In this document: piece after piece, positions 36,697 through 46,546 of the stretch
How the letters are laid out: every line of letters begins with the position of its first letter
Numbering within the stretch: the stretch's first letter is position 1
Virus record (IMG/VR): IMGVR_UViG_3300021184_000001
Coordinates: 34,854 to 98,853 of that record
Direction: 5' to 3' (one strand)
Length of the DNA: 64,000 nt
From: a virus
Made by a program: the position numbers and the translations under genes
The notes under the pieces: generated by a model
What the model was told of the DNA's origin: nothing
Databases searched by the model: none
What the model saw: only the letters and a program-made list of their open reading frames with translations

Positions 36697-38448
36697 TTAC
36701 GCGGTCGTCGAGCAGACGGTGAGCTCCTGCGAGCCCGAGAGTCCGTTCGGGCACAGAGGAATGGTGATGAGCATGGAACGCCCGCAACGGGCACACACCG
36801 CGAATCCCTCTTCGGTGAACAGGCGGGTGTAGACGTTGCGCTGCAGGTCGGTTCGGTCATACACCCCAGTGAGGTTGATGACGTCCTGCTGCAGGGCAAA
36901 GTACGTGCCCGGCTCCCAGAGGAGGATCGAGACCTCTTCCGGCCATTTGGTCGGAGGCGTACCACCGAACGCAGCGGGGTTCTGTTCGGACATGGAGTCC
37001 TGCCAGTCGTAAACCCACTGAATTCGGACACCACGGTCGGCGAACCACCGGTCGAGGATCTCGTCGGTGGCGATGCCCCATCGGTTGTCGATGCCGAGCT
37101 TCTTGGAGATGTCGGCGCGCAGGAGGCCTCGCAGCCAGTACGGCGCCATACCTTCGAGCAGCGCGTTGCGGCTCAGACGCATGGAGTAGCGGAAGAATTC
37201 GACCTGCAGTTCCAGAACCGACAGGAGCGATTCGAACGCCCCCGGGCCGTGGTCGTCGACGGTGATGCCCGTGGAGGGCAGCGAGTTGTCGGCGGGGCTG
37301 CGGACCGGGCCGGGAACGGTGATGGCCCAGGTGGCCATGTCGACCATGCGCTCGATGCGCCGGGCGTTGATGCGGTGCGCGTGCGCGAGCATCGCGTACT
37401 CGACGAATTCCTCGACCTTTTCCGGCCACCCGCGCTCGGTGAGCAGCGGCTGGATGAGGCAGATGCCCTCGATGTCCATGCGGCATTCGGACAAATCGTC
37501 AGGACACGGGATTTCGAAGCAAGGCTTCTCAACTCCGGCGATAGCGTCCGTTTCCGTCTGTTCGAACCCCACGAGGGACCAGAACGGGGCGAAGTCGGGC
37601 CTACGCGAGTACTTGACGCCGCCACGCGTTGCGGTGATGGTCGGCAAATCGACCATTCCGTCACGAGACACCGGAATCGGACAAACGTCGTAAAGAACCT
37701 CAGAAGGGGCACACCATCCGCCAGCGGCGACGAGCGACTTCCCCGGGAGGTTCTTCTGGTTGGTGACCTCGTCGACCTTGAGCCAGTCAGAGGCACCGGT
37801 GTAGTTGAGGTGGTCGGGCGCCTCACGCTTGATCGAGCACAGACCCTGGCGCACGCCCGGGGCCTGGGATCGGGAGACGACGGTCATACCGGCCTGGACG
37901 GCGGCGGCGATCGCCTTGGTGTCCGGCAGCTCGGTACCTCCGCGATAGTCGGGAAGGTCGCCTGCCGCCACGACGGTGTGCTTCACACGGTCGGTGCGAT
38001 CGCCTGCGGCCACCTGCGTCGGAGCGACGGAGGCAGCCTGAGCCAGCGGGATCGGCATCTGATTACTCGCCTTCTGGGTCTGCGGAGCTCCATCAGCGGC
38101 GACGAGTTCGCCTTCGCGGGCGGGCTCGGCCACCTCTTCAGCGGAGGCCGCGCGAGCGGCCGTGGCTTCGAGGTCGGCTTCCTCGGCTTCGGTGGCTTCG
38201 GTCTCGGTCTCGCCATCGCCGGTGCGCCGGTCGATCGCGTCGAGGATCACGGCCAGCGACTCAGCGCGGGCGATGTTCTCCTCGTCGGAAGGCACTTCGT
38301 CGATGTAGGCCTGCGCGGCTTCGATGGCAGCGGTGCGGATCGCGGCCAGGTCGTCTTCAGAGACTTCGCCGACGAGCTGCTCGATTCGCGCGAGCCGCTC
38401 CTCGGCATCGAGACCGTTCAGCGCCTCGATGAGTTCGTCGAGCGTCAT
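36697..38448 (-). CDS. Major capsid protein with N-terminal scaffold-like segment
   Basis: Acidic Ala/Glu N-terminus then GGWCAPSEVLYD..LPTITATRGGVKY. Confidence 0.85.
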   Translation of the reverse strand: MTLDELIEALNGLDAEERLARIEQLVGEVSEDDLAAIRTAAIEAAQAYIDEVPSDEENIARAESLAVILDAIDRRTGDGETETEATEAEEADLEATAARAASAEEVAEPAREGELVAADGAPQTQKASNQMPIPLAQAASVAPTQVAAGDRTDRVKHTVVAAGDLPDYRGGTELPDTKAIAAAVQAGMTVVSRSQAPGVRQGLCSIKREAPDHLNYTGASDWLKVDEVTNQKNLPGKSLVAAGGWCAPSEVLYDVCPIPVSRDGMVDLPTITATRGGVKYSRRPDFAPFWSLVGFEQTETDAIAGVEKPCFEIPCPDDLSECRMDIEGICLIQPLLTERGWPEKVEEFVEYAMLAHAHRINARRIERMVDMATWAITVPGPVRSPADNSLPSTGITVDDHGPGAFESLLSVLELQVEFFRYSMRLSRNALLEGMAPYWLRGLLRADISKKLGIDNRWGIATDEILDRWFADRGVRIQWVYDWQDSMSEQNPAAFGGTPPTKWPEEVSILLWEPGTYFALQQDVINLTGVYDRTDLQRNVYTRLFTEEGFAVCARCGRSMLITIPLCPNGLSGSQELTVCSTTA

Positions 38449-38549
38449 GTCGTATCTCCGGATGTGGAGTGGGCGCGTCGCTGTCGTCCCCGGCCCTCAC
38501 GCCAGCGGTCCGCTCAGTGCCTGGTCACCCACACCCCAGACACTGGATA

Positions 38550-38585
38550 AAACGGACATTACCACAGCAAACGGTAAATCAGACA
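38550..38585. promoter_or_regulatory. Two AANCRGACA boxes upstream of major capsid gene
   Basis: 38550-38558 and 38577-38585; minus-strand TACCGT abuts the second. Confidence 0.7.
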
Positions 38586-38604
38586 TTTAGCTCGCGAAAG
38601 TGTA

Positions 38605-38796
38605 CTAACCCTTCTTAAGGGTCATACCGGGGCGAATCTCTTCGACGGTGCCATTGTGGATCTGTGCATGCCGCACCGCATCCTCACGGCGCCCGTACGT
38701 CACCCTCGCGCCCGAAGGCGTCAGCACCTGCCACCGCGTTCGATTCGACGCCCAAGCGGTTCCACCGCCAGCAGCGTTCTTCGCGCAACCGCACAT
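38605..38796 (-). CDS. Small MCGC-start protein
   Basis: MCGCAK..WQVLTPSG..Y..A...NGTV; RBS AGGAAGGA. Confidence 0.6.
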   Translation of the reverse strand: MCGCAKNAAGGGTAWASNRTRWQVLTPSGARVTYGRREDAVRHAQIHNGTVEEIRPGMTLKKG

Positions 38797-38819
38797 CGAT
38801 CTGTCCTTCCTGCCTGCCG

Positions 38820-39125
38820 CTACCGCGCGGCTGAACGTGCCTTCGCCAACGCCCGTTTCGCGTTGTATTCGAGAACCGCTTTGCACCCTTTGATCCGGGT
38901 TTTCAACGTGGCCTGCTGGCGTCCGGGCCAGTTCAGGTTGTCGCCGGGGTTGCCCGAGGCACCCCCACGGCACCAGCGCCGAATGACGTTCGTGGCCACG
39001 GCGATCGCATGCGACTGCGACATGCCCTTCGCCATCAGGTGCAAGGCGACGTCCTTGAGATCCGACTGGGTACCGCCCGCCCGATCGACCCAGTTGCGTT
39101 CACCGGGAAGATCGACCCACCCCAC
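38820..39125 (-). CDS. Conserved-type phage head-region protein
   Basis: NWVDRAGG..SHAIAVATNVIRRWC. Confidence 0.6.
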   Translation of the reverse strand: MGWVDLPGERNWVDRAGGTQSDLKDVALHLMAKGMSQSHAIAVATNVIRRWCRGGASGNPGDNLNWPGRQQATLKTRIKGCKAVLEYNAKRALAKARSAAR

Positions 39126-39148
39126 CGCTGCAGCCGGTGGGGCGGCGG

Positions 39149-40828
39149 TCAGGCTTTTTTTCCGCGCCCCGCAGCCGCGAGCAGCTTCTGCCGGGCCGTG
39201 ACCGACCGGTGTTTCAGCAGATGCTTCGCCAGAGCGCTGGCCGCGACCTGCGCGGCTTCGACTGGCGCTGGTGGCGCTGGCGTGACGGGAGGTGCCGGTG
39301 CGGCGGCAGAGTCCACGGCAGGAAGTGCACCGGCACCTCCCGCGTCGGTAGGTGCCGCAGCGGCCTCGGCGCCCACGGGCTCGGGCATCGGAAGCGGGTC
39401 CTGTCCGGGCAGCTGTTCATCGGCCGGGGCCTCGGTGTCCGTTTGGGCCGCAGGCTCGGATGGGTTTTCGGGCGCCGGTGCTTCCGGAGCGGCCGGGGGC
39501 ACGGGCTCGGGCGCCTTCACAGCGACGTCGGCCTGCGATTTGAGCGCCTCGATGACAGCGTCCTTGACCTGCCCGATGAAGTCCGGTCCAATGGCCGTTC
39601 GAACAGCGTCGGCGAGCGCGGCCTGCTGTGCTTCGTCGACGACGGTCGCTCCGGCGCAGATGAAGGTGCGGATCTCGCCCGATTCGGCCTTGATCAGGCC
39701 GGAGGCGGCGAGGGTGAAGCGGTCGGCGGCCAGGAGCTGGTCGCTCTGGCGCACCGGGAAACCGGGGTTGGGCACGCTGAGCGCGGCGATGAGTTCGAGC
39801 GGGGCTCCGGGCTTGGGCTGGCGCCAGTCGCCGGAGACGCGCGCCAGGGAGAACCGGTTGCGCAGTTCGGGGGACACGTCGGGCAGCATCGAGCCAGCCA
39901 GCCAGATGCCGATCGAGTCCTCGCCGACGTTGCAGGCGGCCATCATCGTGCCGGTGTTGTCGTAGTGCGCGGCGGCGGCGTCGGCCGAGAGCGACTCGTC
40001 GGCGTGACCGGTGTTCATGGTGATGATGCCGACCGGGACGACCGATCCGTCAGCGGTGACGACCTGGGACTGGCGGAAGTAGCCGTAGGCGCCATCGCGG
40101 TTGCGTGGCGGGTACACGAGCTTGCCGTCGTAACCGATATGCGGCTGATCCCACGTGGCCAAGTGGCCGTAGACGCGGCCGTCGGCGGTCACCATCAGCT
40201 TGGTCGGCTCGGCCAGATGTGGGTTCGCGAAATGCTCGACGGGCGGACGCCATTCCCCGCCGGTGGCCGATGCTCGGAGGACCCGGGAGCGTGGTGCAGT
40301 GATGGTCGGTTCAGGCATGGCGGCCTCCTTGGGCGGCGCAGTGGTCGTCGTCGACTCGGTGGAGACCCCGCCGCAGTCGCAGGCGCAGCTGGTGACAGCC
40401 GAGGCCCTAGTGGATTCAGGTCGGTCCCAGGCCGCGCGCAGCCCTTCATCGTCGAACTCGCGGGCGAAACGGCGCAGGATGGAGGCCACGGCCGATCGCA
40501 TGCCTTCGAGTTCGGACTCCGAACCCGACAGCGCACGTGCCTGTCCGGGCTCGGCATTGGGCGAAATCGACCGGGCGGCGGCCTGGACGCCGGAGAGCAC
40601 GAGCTGGAGTTCGCCGTTGATGACGTCGGCGACCGGGAGCTTGTAGGAGCCGATGGCCGAGGGGTTCTCGTCTGGCTCGCGCCAGATGAAGCCGCGCCCC
40701 ATGCACTCGGCCATGACGCCGTCTTCGCCTGCGCAGCGGCGTGCCATGGCCGATCGGGCCGCATCGCCATCCCAAGCGCGGTCGCGCTCGCGATGCAGCG
40801 GCAGTTCAGTGTTCACGGTTACCGGCAT
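39149..40828 (-). CDS. Capsid maturation protease / scaffold
   Basis: WDGDAA, SYKLPVAD, GRVYGHLATW, SGDWR, LIAALSVPNPGFP; between portal and capsid. Confidence 0.75.
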   Translation of the reverse strand: MPVTVNTELPLHRERDRAWDGDAARSAMARRCAGEDGVMAECMGRGFIWREPDENPSAIGSYKLPVADVINGELQLVLSGVQAAARSISPNAEPGQARALSGSESELEGMRSAVASILRRFAREFDDEGLRAAWDRPESTRASAVTSCACDCGGVSTESTTTTAPPKEAAMPEPTITAPRSRVLRASATGGEWRPPVEHFANPHLAEPTKLMVTADGRVYGHLATWDQPHIGYDGKLVYPPRNRDGAYGYFRQSQVVTADGSVVPVGIITMNTGHADESLSADAAAAHYDNTGTMMAACNVGEDSIGIWLAGSMLPDVSPELRNRFSLARVSGDWRQPKPGAPLELIAALSVPNPGFPVRQSDQLLAADRFTLAASGLIKAESGEIRTFICAGATVVDEAQQAALADAVRTAIGPDFIGQVKDAVIEALKSQADVAVKAPEPVPPAAPEAPAPENPSEPAAQTDTEAPADEQLPGQDPLPMPEPVGAEAAAAPTDAGGAGALPAVDSAAAPAPPVTPAPPAPVEAAQVAASALAKHLLKHRSVTARQKLLAAAGRGKKA

Positions 40829-40834
40829 CGCGCC

Positions 40835-42574
40835 CTACCCCCTCGTGGTCGCCTCTTCTAGAAGATACCTGCACATTTCAGACTTATCGTGCTTAGTACC
40901 TGTTTCTATCCTAAAGCGGACATAGCTCGCTACGGGATCAACCAGCTGCGGCGCGGCTTCAGCCAATTCGGCGAACCCGTCCCGTAGGGCAGAGGCGACG
41001 GTGTCGGGTTCAGCGCGGATCTGGGTGTGCATCGCTTCCAGGGGCGTGTCGCGGTAGCGCCCGCGCAGGGAGCGCGACGAACCTAGGAGGTACTGCCCGC
41101 ACCGGCGCAGCGCGCGGCGCGCCCCGATGTCGGCACAGGCCGCCCACCCGGCGTCGGACGCGAGCGATTCGAGGCCGACCTGGGACTGCGTTCCCGACGC
41201 GGGACCGGCGCGGTTGGTCTGATCGCGCAGCCGGTCGGCGAGGCGGTCCATCGCGCTGGGGACCAGGCCCTCCTCGCGCTCACCGGGCGCGCGCATCTGC
41301 ACTGGCGGCACCGACCCCGGCTGCGGTGCGTCCTCAGAGCCGTAGCCCAGGGCGCTGCGGGCCGCGTCGGCCGAGATGACGCCGAGCTCGTAGGCAGCCA
41401 GCGCGAGGTCGCCCTTGTTCGCCTCGGACTGGGCTCCGGCCGGGTCGAACGAAACCATGTAGTCGTCGGCGTCGGGCAAGCCCATGGCCTTGAGCGCGGG
41501 CTGCAGGAACTTCGTGGTCAGTTCCCTGCAAATGAAATTCAACGTCGGCTCGATGTTGACCCGCTGACCAGAGGCCTCCACGGCCCACGCTGTCCAGTGA
41601 TTCAGGTCGCCGAGTCCACTGAGGACTTCGGCGGGGAGATCGAGGCCGATGGCGATGCGCCGCACGGCGCTGGTGCGCAGGGAGTCGACGCGTTCGTCGA
41701 AGGGGGTCTGAAGGCTGAGGTGGCGGACGGCGTTGAGCGCTTCCTGCTGGCCTTTGAAGATGACCGGGAGGTGGCGGGAGACGTCGGTGGGGGAGCGGAG
41801 GCTGGCTTGGGCGGTGCGCATGAGCGCGTTCATCGCCGGGTCACCGTCGGGTGGGTTGACACCGCTGGACTGACCGGGGGCGACGGTGGAGACCTGGTTG
41901 GGGATGAGGAGCAGCCCGGCACCGGCCAGACGTGATTTGGCGGCGGTCTGGACGTGTCCGGAGAGGTCGATAAGTTCGTGGAGGGTGGGGATGAGCGCTC
42001 TGGTGGGGGCGTCGGGCTCGGAGGAGCGGATGGGGTGGGGCATGAGCATGGGGATGGACCACACCTGGTCGCGGCTGAGGGTGTAGTTGACACCGGTGGT
42101 GGCGTCGTGGACGGAGACGCCGTCGCCGGATTCGTTGTAGTCGTATTCGGAGGTGACGACCCACTGCCGCTTGCCCTCATCGGTGTCGAAGCCCACGAGC
42201 CGCCACCGGCCGAGCAGCTTCATGAGGGTGACGATGCGGTAGATGAGCATCGCCTGCTCCGGGGCGGTGGGAGCGAGTTCGTTGAGCGGCTCCCATGCCG
42301 GGTTGTCGCGCGAGACGGTCTCGGGTGTCGTGTGCTCCCCGGTGGGCTTCTTGGCGACGGTGAGCGTTGCCCGGGAGGCCGAGGAGGCGATCCAGTAGAT
42401 GCCGTATCGCAGTTCGGGGACGACGTTGTACAGCTCGGCGGCTTCGGCCTGCCATTCGGCAGTGGCGCCCTGCAGCGCGTACGACCCCATCCCGATGCGT
42501 CCGGTGGGCGCGCCGACCGGCCGACCGCGAAACATGGCGGCGGTCAGGCTTTTGAGCTGCGAGCCGAACCCCAT
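40835..42574 (-). CDS. Portal protein
   Basis: YNVVPELRYGIYWIA, HPIRSSEPDAP, GLLLIP, RRIAIGLDLPAEVLSG..NHWTAW. Confidence 0.85.
   Translation of the reverse strand: MGFGSQLKSLTAAMFRGRPVGAPTGRIGMGSYALQGATAEWQAEAAELYNVVPELRYGIYWIASSASRATLTVAKKPTGEHTTPETVSRDNPAWEPLNELAPTAPEQAMLIYRIVTLMKLLGRWRLVGFDTDEGKRQWVVTSEYDYNESGDGVSVHDATTGVNYTLSRDQVWSIPMLMPHPIRSSEPDAPTRALIPTLHELIDLSGHVQTAAKSRLAGAGLLLIPNQVSTVAPGQSSGVNPPDGDPAMNALMRTAQASLRSPTDVSRHLPVIFKGQQEALNAVRHLSLQTPFDERVDSLRTSAVRRIAIGLDLPAEVLSGLGDLNHWTAWAVEASGQRVNIEPTLNFICRELTTKFLQPALKAMGLPDADDYMVSFDPAGAQSEANKGDLALAAYELGVISADAARSALGYGSEDAPQPGSVPPVQMRAPGEREEGLVPSAMDRLADRLRDQTNRAGPASGTQSQVGLESLASDAGWAACADIGARRALRRCGQYLLGSSRSLRGRYRDTPLEAMHTQIRAEPDTVASALRDGFAELAEAAPQLVDPVASYVRFRIETGTKHDKSEMCRYLLEEATTRG
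40914..40922. promoter_or_regulatory. AANCRGACA box upstream of protease (inside portal 3' end)
   Basis: AAGCGGACA; minus-strand TAGGAT (40908-40913) abuts it. Confidence 0.6.
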
Positions 42575-43056
42575 CAGTCAGACCCGCCCGCCTTGTTGAC
42601 CGGACCCCACTTGGCGCGCTGGAGCGCTTCGACGACGATCCGGGCGATCGCCTCGGGATCGGCTTCTTCGCGCGTGTCGATGTGGATCTCGTTGGTGGTC
42701 TCGACGCGCTCGACGGTCTCGCGGACGGGTTCGTCCGCGTTGAGCAGTGCGACGGGTCCGACCATGGCGACTTCGTGCTGTCCGGGCATCGCTGCGTTGG
42801 AGACGGCTCCGGCGAACCAGGAGAGCGCACCGATGAGCGCGCTGATCTGCCACCAGGTCTGGTCGGCCCACCAGTGCCAGGAGAAGGCGACGCCGACGGC
42901 GACCCAGAATCCGGAGCACCAGGGGCATTGCGCGAGGGCACCGAGCAGTCCAGGCAGCCGGTCGCGAATCGGCTGCGTGATCGTGTCGAACGTGATCAGC
43001 CGCGTGATCCTGGCCGTCAGGGCCAGGGCAAGCGCGATCGTCAGCCAGTCATCCAC
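42574..43056 (-). CDS. DUF1360-like membrane protein
   Basis: TARITRLITFDTITQPIR..CPWCSGFW; GTG 6 nt after TATGCT; TGATG-coupled to portal. Confidence 0.75.
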   Translation of the reverse strand: MDDWLTIALALALTARITRLITFDTITQPIRDRLPGLLGALAQCPWCSGFWVAVGVAFSWHWWADQTWWQISALIGALSWFAGAVSNAAMPGQHEVAMVGPVALLNADEPVRETVERVETTNEIHIDTREEADPEAIARIVVEALQRAKWGPVNKAGGSD

Positions 43057-43068
43057 CACAACAGCATA

Positions 43069-43077
43069 AACCGGACA
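43069..43077. promoter_or_regulatory. AANCRGACA box upstream of DUF1360-portal
   Basis: AACCGGACA; minus-strand TATGCT abuts it. Confidence 0.65.
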
Positions 43078-43196
43078 AAAGAGTAAATGCACCACGAACT
43101 GGTTCAAAAACGTACTTGTCTCTGGTATGCCTGCGCCCCGACCCACGACGCACTGTGGGATATCCTCACGAATCACGTTGAAGCGAAAGGATCTTC

Positions 43197-43691
43197 ATGA
43201 GCGCCTCCGCAGAGCACGCCACCGCCGTCAACTCGGCCACCGCCGAAGCCCAGACCCTCGCCGCCGAAGCCGAACGCAACCTCAAAGAAGCCGTCGAAAC
43301 CGCCGCCGCAGGCGTCACCGCCGCCATCGGCACCCTCAAGGAAACGGTCACTTCGCTCGCCGCCCAGGCCGCCACCAGTCAGACGGCCGCCAACAACACC
43401 CTCGGACCCGCCGAACAGCACGTCCGCTCGACCCAAGCCGCCGGACAAGGCACCATCGGCCACGTTCTAGCCGCCCAGGAGGCCTGCCAGCTCGCCTCCA
43501 ACAACGCTGCAGGCGTCCAGGAGTTCATGGACAACCTCGCAGGCGCCGTCGAAGAGGCGCAGTCGGTCGCCCTCACCAGCCTGATGAGCCTCCTCGGCCA
43601 GCTCGACGACGGCATCGAAGGCGCCAAAAGCGTCGTCGGCCACCTCGAAGAAGCCGCGACCCAGATCACCCTCGCGCAGACCCCCCAGTGA
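43197..43691 (+). CDS. Ala-rich helical protein
   Basis: 164 aa; RBS AAGGA. Confidence 0.65.
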   Translation: MSASAEHATAVNSATAEAQTLAAEAERNLKEAVETAAAGVTAAIGTLKETVTSLAAQAATSQTAANNTLGPAEQHVRSTQAAGQGTIGHVLAAQEACQLASNNAAGVQEFMDNLAGAVEEAQSVALTSLMSLLGQLDDGIEGAKSVVGHLEEAATQITLAQTPQ

Positions 43692-43692
43692 C

Positions 43693-44046
43693 ATGGACGG
43701 CTTCATCGACGCCGCCACCGGCTTCGTCGCACTACTCCGCGACCTAGTGCTGGCGCTGTGGCCTGCGATCGCCGCGCTGGCCGGAGCGATCTGGTGGGCG
43801 CTGGAGACCTACCCCGTCTTCCGGGCGATCGTTCTCATCGGCGCAGCGGGTTTCTCCGCCTACTGGTTCTATGACGGCGTCAAGAACTGGCGGAAGAAGT
43901 GCATTCCGTGCCGGGGAAGAGGCTTCTTCGACTCCAAGATCAGCTCCAAGCTCAACCGCCCGTGCCCATGCTGCGCCGACAGCACGGCCGGAGGCGGTCG
44001 CCACCCCACCATCCGCAGCCGCATCTGGAACCGCGTCGTGAAATGA
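43693..44046 (+). CDS. Membrane protein with DnaJ-type CxxCxGxG zinc finger
   Basis: Two TM helices then CIPCRGRG..RPCPCC..GGR. Confidence 0.65.
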   Translation: MDGFIDAATGFVALLRDLVLALWPAIAALAGAIWWALETYPVFRAIVLIGAAGFSAYWFYDGVKNWRKKCIPCRGRGFFDSKISSKLNRPCPCCADSTAGGGRHPTIRSRIWNRVVK

Positions 44047-44053
44047 GCACACC

Positions 44054-44905
44054 ATGAAGATCACTCACTACCTCCATGACCTGGCAGTCTTTCCACTCAC
44101 CTTGAGCTTCCGGCCCGCAGCCGACCAAATCGATCCAGGCCGCCTGCGCCTACTGGACCCGATCGTCTTCGTCCCCGGCCTCGGCTGCCACCGCAACTGG
44201 TTCGACACCGCATTCAGCCACCAGGCCCTGCGCACCCATGCCCTGCTGAGCATCGACCTGCCGGGCCAAGGCGACCATGCCGACGACCACATGTCACGCG
44301 ACTTCAACCGCCACCCCATGGACGGCCTGATCACCATCCTCTCCGGATGCGTCCAAGGCGCGCTGGAGCTGGTCGCCGACATGAACGACGACACCCGCGT
44401 CCACATCGTCGCCCACTCGATGGGCGCGCTGGCCGCCCTGCGGGCATGGCAGGCGCTTCCATCGCACCGGCGTGGCCGCTTCATCTCGATCGAAGGGAAC
44501 ATCACTAGCGAGGACTGCTCCATGGCGTCGCGGTCCATAGCGAAAGGCATCGACGCCGTCGAGCAGTTTGTCGCCGACATCGCCGGGAGCGACGACCCCG
44601 CCATGCGCTGCTGGGCTGTCGACCTCGCCTCCTGCGAACCCCAGTTCCTGGTCAACCTGGCTTCGTCCATCGTCGCCTGGTCCGATGTCGAGCACAACCA
44701 CCCGCGCGGGGGCGCTATGAGGGACGCCGTATACCTCTACGGGGAGCGCAGCGGTTTCCCCGAGCACCACCGCGCACGTTTCGAGGAACTCGGTGTGATC
44801 ACCCAGGGCATCGAGAACTCGGGGCATTTCCCCATGCACGATAATGCTGACGACCTGTGGAACATCGTTGCCGACGCTGTTAGGAGCTACCGTGCCCGTT
44901 ATTGA
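44054..44905 (+). CDS. Alpha/beta hydrolase
   Basis: FVPGLG, IDLPGQG, AHSMG nucleophile elbow, SGHFP. Confidence 0.85.
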   Translation: MKITHYLHDLAVFPLTLSFRPAADQIDPGRLRLLDPIVFVPGLGCHRNWFDTAFSHQALRTHALLSIDLPGQGDHADDHMSRDFNRHPMDGLITILSGCVQGALELVADMNDDTRVHIVAHSMGALAALRAWQALPSHRRGRFISIEGNITSEDCSMASRSIAKGIDAVEQFVADIAGSDDPAMRCWAVDLASCEPQFLVNLASSIVAWSDVEHNHPRGGAMRDAVYLYGERSGFPEHHRARFEELGVITQGIENSGHFPMHDNADDLWNIVADAVRSYRARY

Positions 44906-45464
44906 GATCGACTCCTTGGACGATGAGCGCTTCACGGAGCTGTTCACGTCCTTCACCGATTCGGCATGGCGCCTGGAGACCCTGGACTCCTACAGCGTCG
45001 CCTACGAGGAAGAGGCCTACAAAGCGTTCCTGGAAGGCGACCTGAGCCTCATCCACGAACGTCCCAGCTCGTGGATCGACGAGGTCATCGTCCCGGCGGT
45101 GGAAGCGGGCCGCGACATCGGCCGCGTCCACGTCATCGAACGCTTCACCGACGAGGACGGCAAGCTCGCCCTCGGCGACTACCTTCGCTTCGAGTTCGAG
45201 TGGTACAAGCGGAACAAGGCCGCCGGGGAAGATATCCGGATCGCGTGGGTCGAGCCGGGGCAGTGGGTCAAGAACGTCCGCAAGATGGGCCGCGACTTCT
45301 GGCTGTTCGACGAGGACACCGACCACGCCAAGGTCGTGGAGATGCACTACGAGCCTGACGGCTCGTTCGCCAAGGCCGTCGTCACGCGCAACGGCCGCCG
45401 GATGAAGGAAGCCGTGAAGTGCAAGAAGGCTGCCATGCGTGCGGCGAAGCGGTTCTATCCCTGA
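44892..45464 (+). CDS. DUF6879-like protein
   Basis: FTSFTDSAWRLETLDSY, RVHVI, DFWLFD..MHY; RBS AGGAG. Confidence 0.7.
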   Translation: MPVIEIDSLDDERFTELFTSFTDSAWRLETLDSYSVAYEEEAYKAFLEGDLSLIHERPSSWIDEVIVPAVEAGRDIGRVHVIERFTDEDGKLALGDYLRFEFEWYKRNKAAGEDIRIAWVEPGQWVKNVRKMGRDFWLFDEDTDHAKVVEMHYEPDGSFAKAVVTRNGRRMKEAVKCKKAAMRAAKRFYP

Positions 45465-45495
45465 TTCCGTAGCCGGTATGCGCGACCATGGAGCG

Positions 45496-45894
45496 ATGAG
45501 CGATCCCGACATGCCGTTCGCGTCCTTGCGGGAGTACCTTCGCGCCGTAGGGCAGTCCCTGGGCGACGCGGTCCAGGACCTGCAGGACGCTTTCGCGGAA
45601 CTATCCGCCAGCCTCACCGACGTCCTCGGCCCGAAGCTACGCGCCGCCGGACTCCTGGCTGAGCCGCGCACGACCAAGGCCGAACGGCGCCGCGCGAAGC
45701 AGTACCTCGCCCGCCAACGGCGCACCGGCGAGCGCCCCCGGATCGGCATTGCCGCCTGCGCCCGCCTCCAGCGACACCCGCTGGCCACCGGCGGCATCGT
45801 CCCCGCAGGCGAACAGCACCTCATCGACACCAGCAGCCCGTGCGCGATGTGGACACGAGAATCCATCGAATACACTACGGAAGCAGGAGCATGA
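45496..45894 (+). CDS. Hypothetical protein
   Basis: 132 aa; RBS GGAG; stop overlaps next ATG. Confidence 0.55.
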   Translation: MSDPDMPFASLREYLRAVGQSLGDAVQDLQDAFAELSASLTDVLGPKLRAAGLLAEPRTTKAERRRAKQYLARQRRTGERPRIGIAACARLQRHPLATGGIVPAGEQHLIDTSSPCAMWTRESIEYTTEAGA

Positions 45895-46313
45895 AGCGGG
45901 CGTCCAGTCAAGCAGCGAGCACCACTGAGGTGGACGCCCGCTCCAGCGACCAGTGCCCGTTCTGCCAGATCATCACCGGTCAGGCCCCCGCACAGGTCGT
46001 CGCCAAGTTCACCAACGCCATCGCGATCGTCCCCCTCAACCCCCGCGTCGAGGGCCACGTGCTGTTCATCCCGCACCTGCACGTCACCAAAGACCACAGC
46101 GTCGCCGTCAGCCACTCGCCGACCATGTACATGTGGATGGGCGCATGGCAGTACGCGCTGGCCCAGCGCAGGCCTTTCAACCTCATCATCAACATCGGCG
46201 CCGAAGCGACCCAAACCGTCGACCACCTCCATCTGCACTACCTGCCCAGGAGCAACGGCGACGGGATCGCGCTCCCGTGGACGCGGCTGCCTGCCGACAT
46301 GGAGCAGCCATGA
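45891..46313 (+). CDS. HIT family nucleotide hydrolase
   Basis: CPFCQI, PLNP..GHVLFIP, QTVDHLHLHYLPR histidine triad. Confidence 0.9.
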   Translation: MKRASSQAASTTEVDARSSDQCPFCQIITGQAPAQVVAKFTNAIAIVPLNPRVEGHVLFIPHLHVTKDHSVAVSHSPTMYMWMGAWQYALAQRRPFNLIINIGAEATQTVDHLHLHYLPRSNGDGIALPWTRLPADMEQP

Positions 46314-46546
46314 GAGATCCGCTCCTGTCCGTACCGGTGCGCCTGCACTACCGCACCGGCTCCTCCTGCGACTGCCGCACCATGGCCTACTGGACCCTGG
46401 AAGCGCCGATGCTCGACCAGTACAGGCCGCTGCCGTTCACCTCGCGCGGCAGAACGATCCGGTGGCGCTGGTGGCACGAGCTGTTCCGCAGCCCCTCGTT
46501 CACGATCACGGCCGCCGACTTCCCCGATCATCCGGAGACCGTGTGA
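46310..46546 (+). CDS. Hypothetical protein
   Basis: ATGA overlap; 78 aa. Confidence 0.5.
   Translation: MRDPLLSVPVRLHYRTGSSCDCRTMAYWTLEAPMLDQYRPLPFTSRGRTIRWRWWHELFRSPSFTITAADFPDHPETV

Noticed and set aside
35581-38550. 989-aa plus-strand ORF and other long antisense ORFs (8271-9590, 9203-10552, 44880-46238, 47420-48499)
   Set aside because: Shadow ORFs of high-GC genes; Arg/Gly-rich, no motifs, opposite recognisable genes
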